From: Pelomyxa schiedti
Lineage: Eukaryota > Protista > Evosea
Direction: 5' to 3'
NCBI GenBank assembly: GCA_020536535.1
Contig: JAHLWZ010000031.1
Location: 1-46,523, forward strand
DNA: 46,523 nt
The first letter of the stretch is position 1. The number at the start of each line of letters is the position of its first letter. The notes under the pieces are model-generated. The model saw only the letters and a program-made list of their open reading frames with translations. It had not been told where the DNA came from and made no database searches. Below, piece after piece: positions 46,232 to 46,523 of the stretch. Both the position numbers and the translations under genes were made by a program.

Positions 46232-46413
46232 AAATGATGATGGGGCGGTGACGGCATTGCCCTGCTCCTCAATCAATGATGGCTCCACATAAAAGAGCAA
46301 AACATCTAAAAAAGAGGGATTGTGTTGTTGACAAGTAACGATGGTGACTTCTCCCACCCCTGCACTTTAAACGCGTTTCTAACTTGTAGAAACAGGAGTT
46401 CTATGATGAATTG

Positions 46414-46523
46414 ATGCAAGGGATCTTGTTTGGTCTTTTCTGTGCCAATGCAGTCGCTATTTTTTATTTACATTCTATGGATTACGATGACACCATTCCA
46501 CAACCAAGGCATTCAATTGTTCC
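46414..46523 (+). CDS. Start of the duplicate copy of the hypothetical gene at 42107 (runs off window)
   Basis: MQGILFGLFCANAVAIFYLHSMDYDD, identical to 42107 onward. Confidence 0.5.
   Translation, partial: MQGILFGLFCANAVAIFYLHSMDYDDTIPQPRHSIV

Larger units (their letters stand above)
44107..46523 (+). repeat. Segmental duplicate or alternative haplotype of 40079-42216
   Basis: Collinear near-identity of the thioesterase 5' end, the family gene and the start of the next gene. The spacer between the thioesterase and family gene is non-homologous. Confidence 0.92.

Noticed and set aside
1-46523. CRISPR arrays, rRNA/tRNA genes, autonomous transposase, prokaryotic operon
   Set aside because: No regularly spaced repeats, RNA-gene signatures or transposase/RT motifs seen. 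The bacterial-like genes contain spliceosomal introns, so this is not contamination.

Overview
Gene-dense eukaryotic scaffold with two 100-N gaps, many short (~40-60 nt) GT-AG introns carrying CTAAC/CTAAT-like branch points, and GC-rich, low-complexity first exons. Gene content and style suggest an amoebozoan protist, possibly an archamoeba such as Pelomyxa (inference only). Manual splicing gives about 22 genes: a receptor (bacterial-type solute-binding domain/TM/kinase/adenylyl cyclase/kinase), a 3-LIM protein, a CXXC-less thioredoxin-fold ER protein, TOPBP1-like, TM9SF, TM2D, an Arf apparently lacking Gly2, BTB-LamG, a membrane-anchored PPC/DUF296 protein, a flavodoxin-fold NAD(P)H:quinone oxidoreductase, a SHOCT-like protein, a PX-BAR sorting nexin, MPP6, ArgRS, SPRY-DCN1, a small TM protein, an SLC49-type MFS transporter, ubinuclein, a type II thioesterase and an intronless expanded family. 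Both scaffold ends duplicate internal regions (probably second haplotypes). Comparing the copies reveals a 70-bp TIR element with a 4-bp TSD and a matching empty site, a second family member, a frameshifted allele and a hypervariable block. Exon boundaries were inferred by eye without transcript data.
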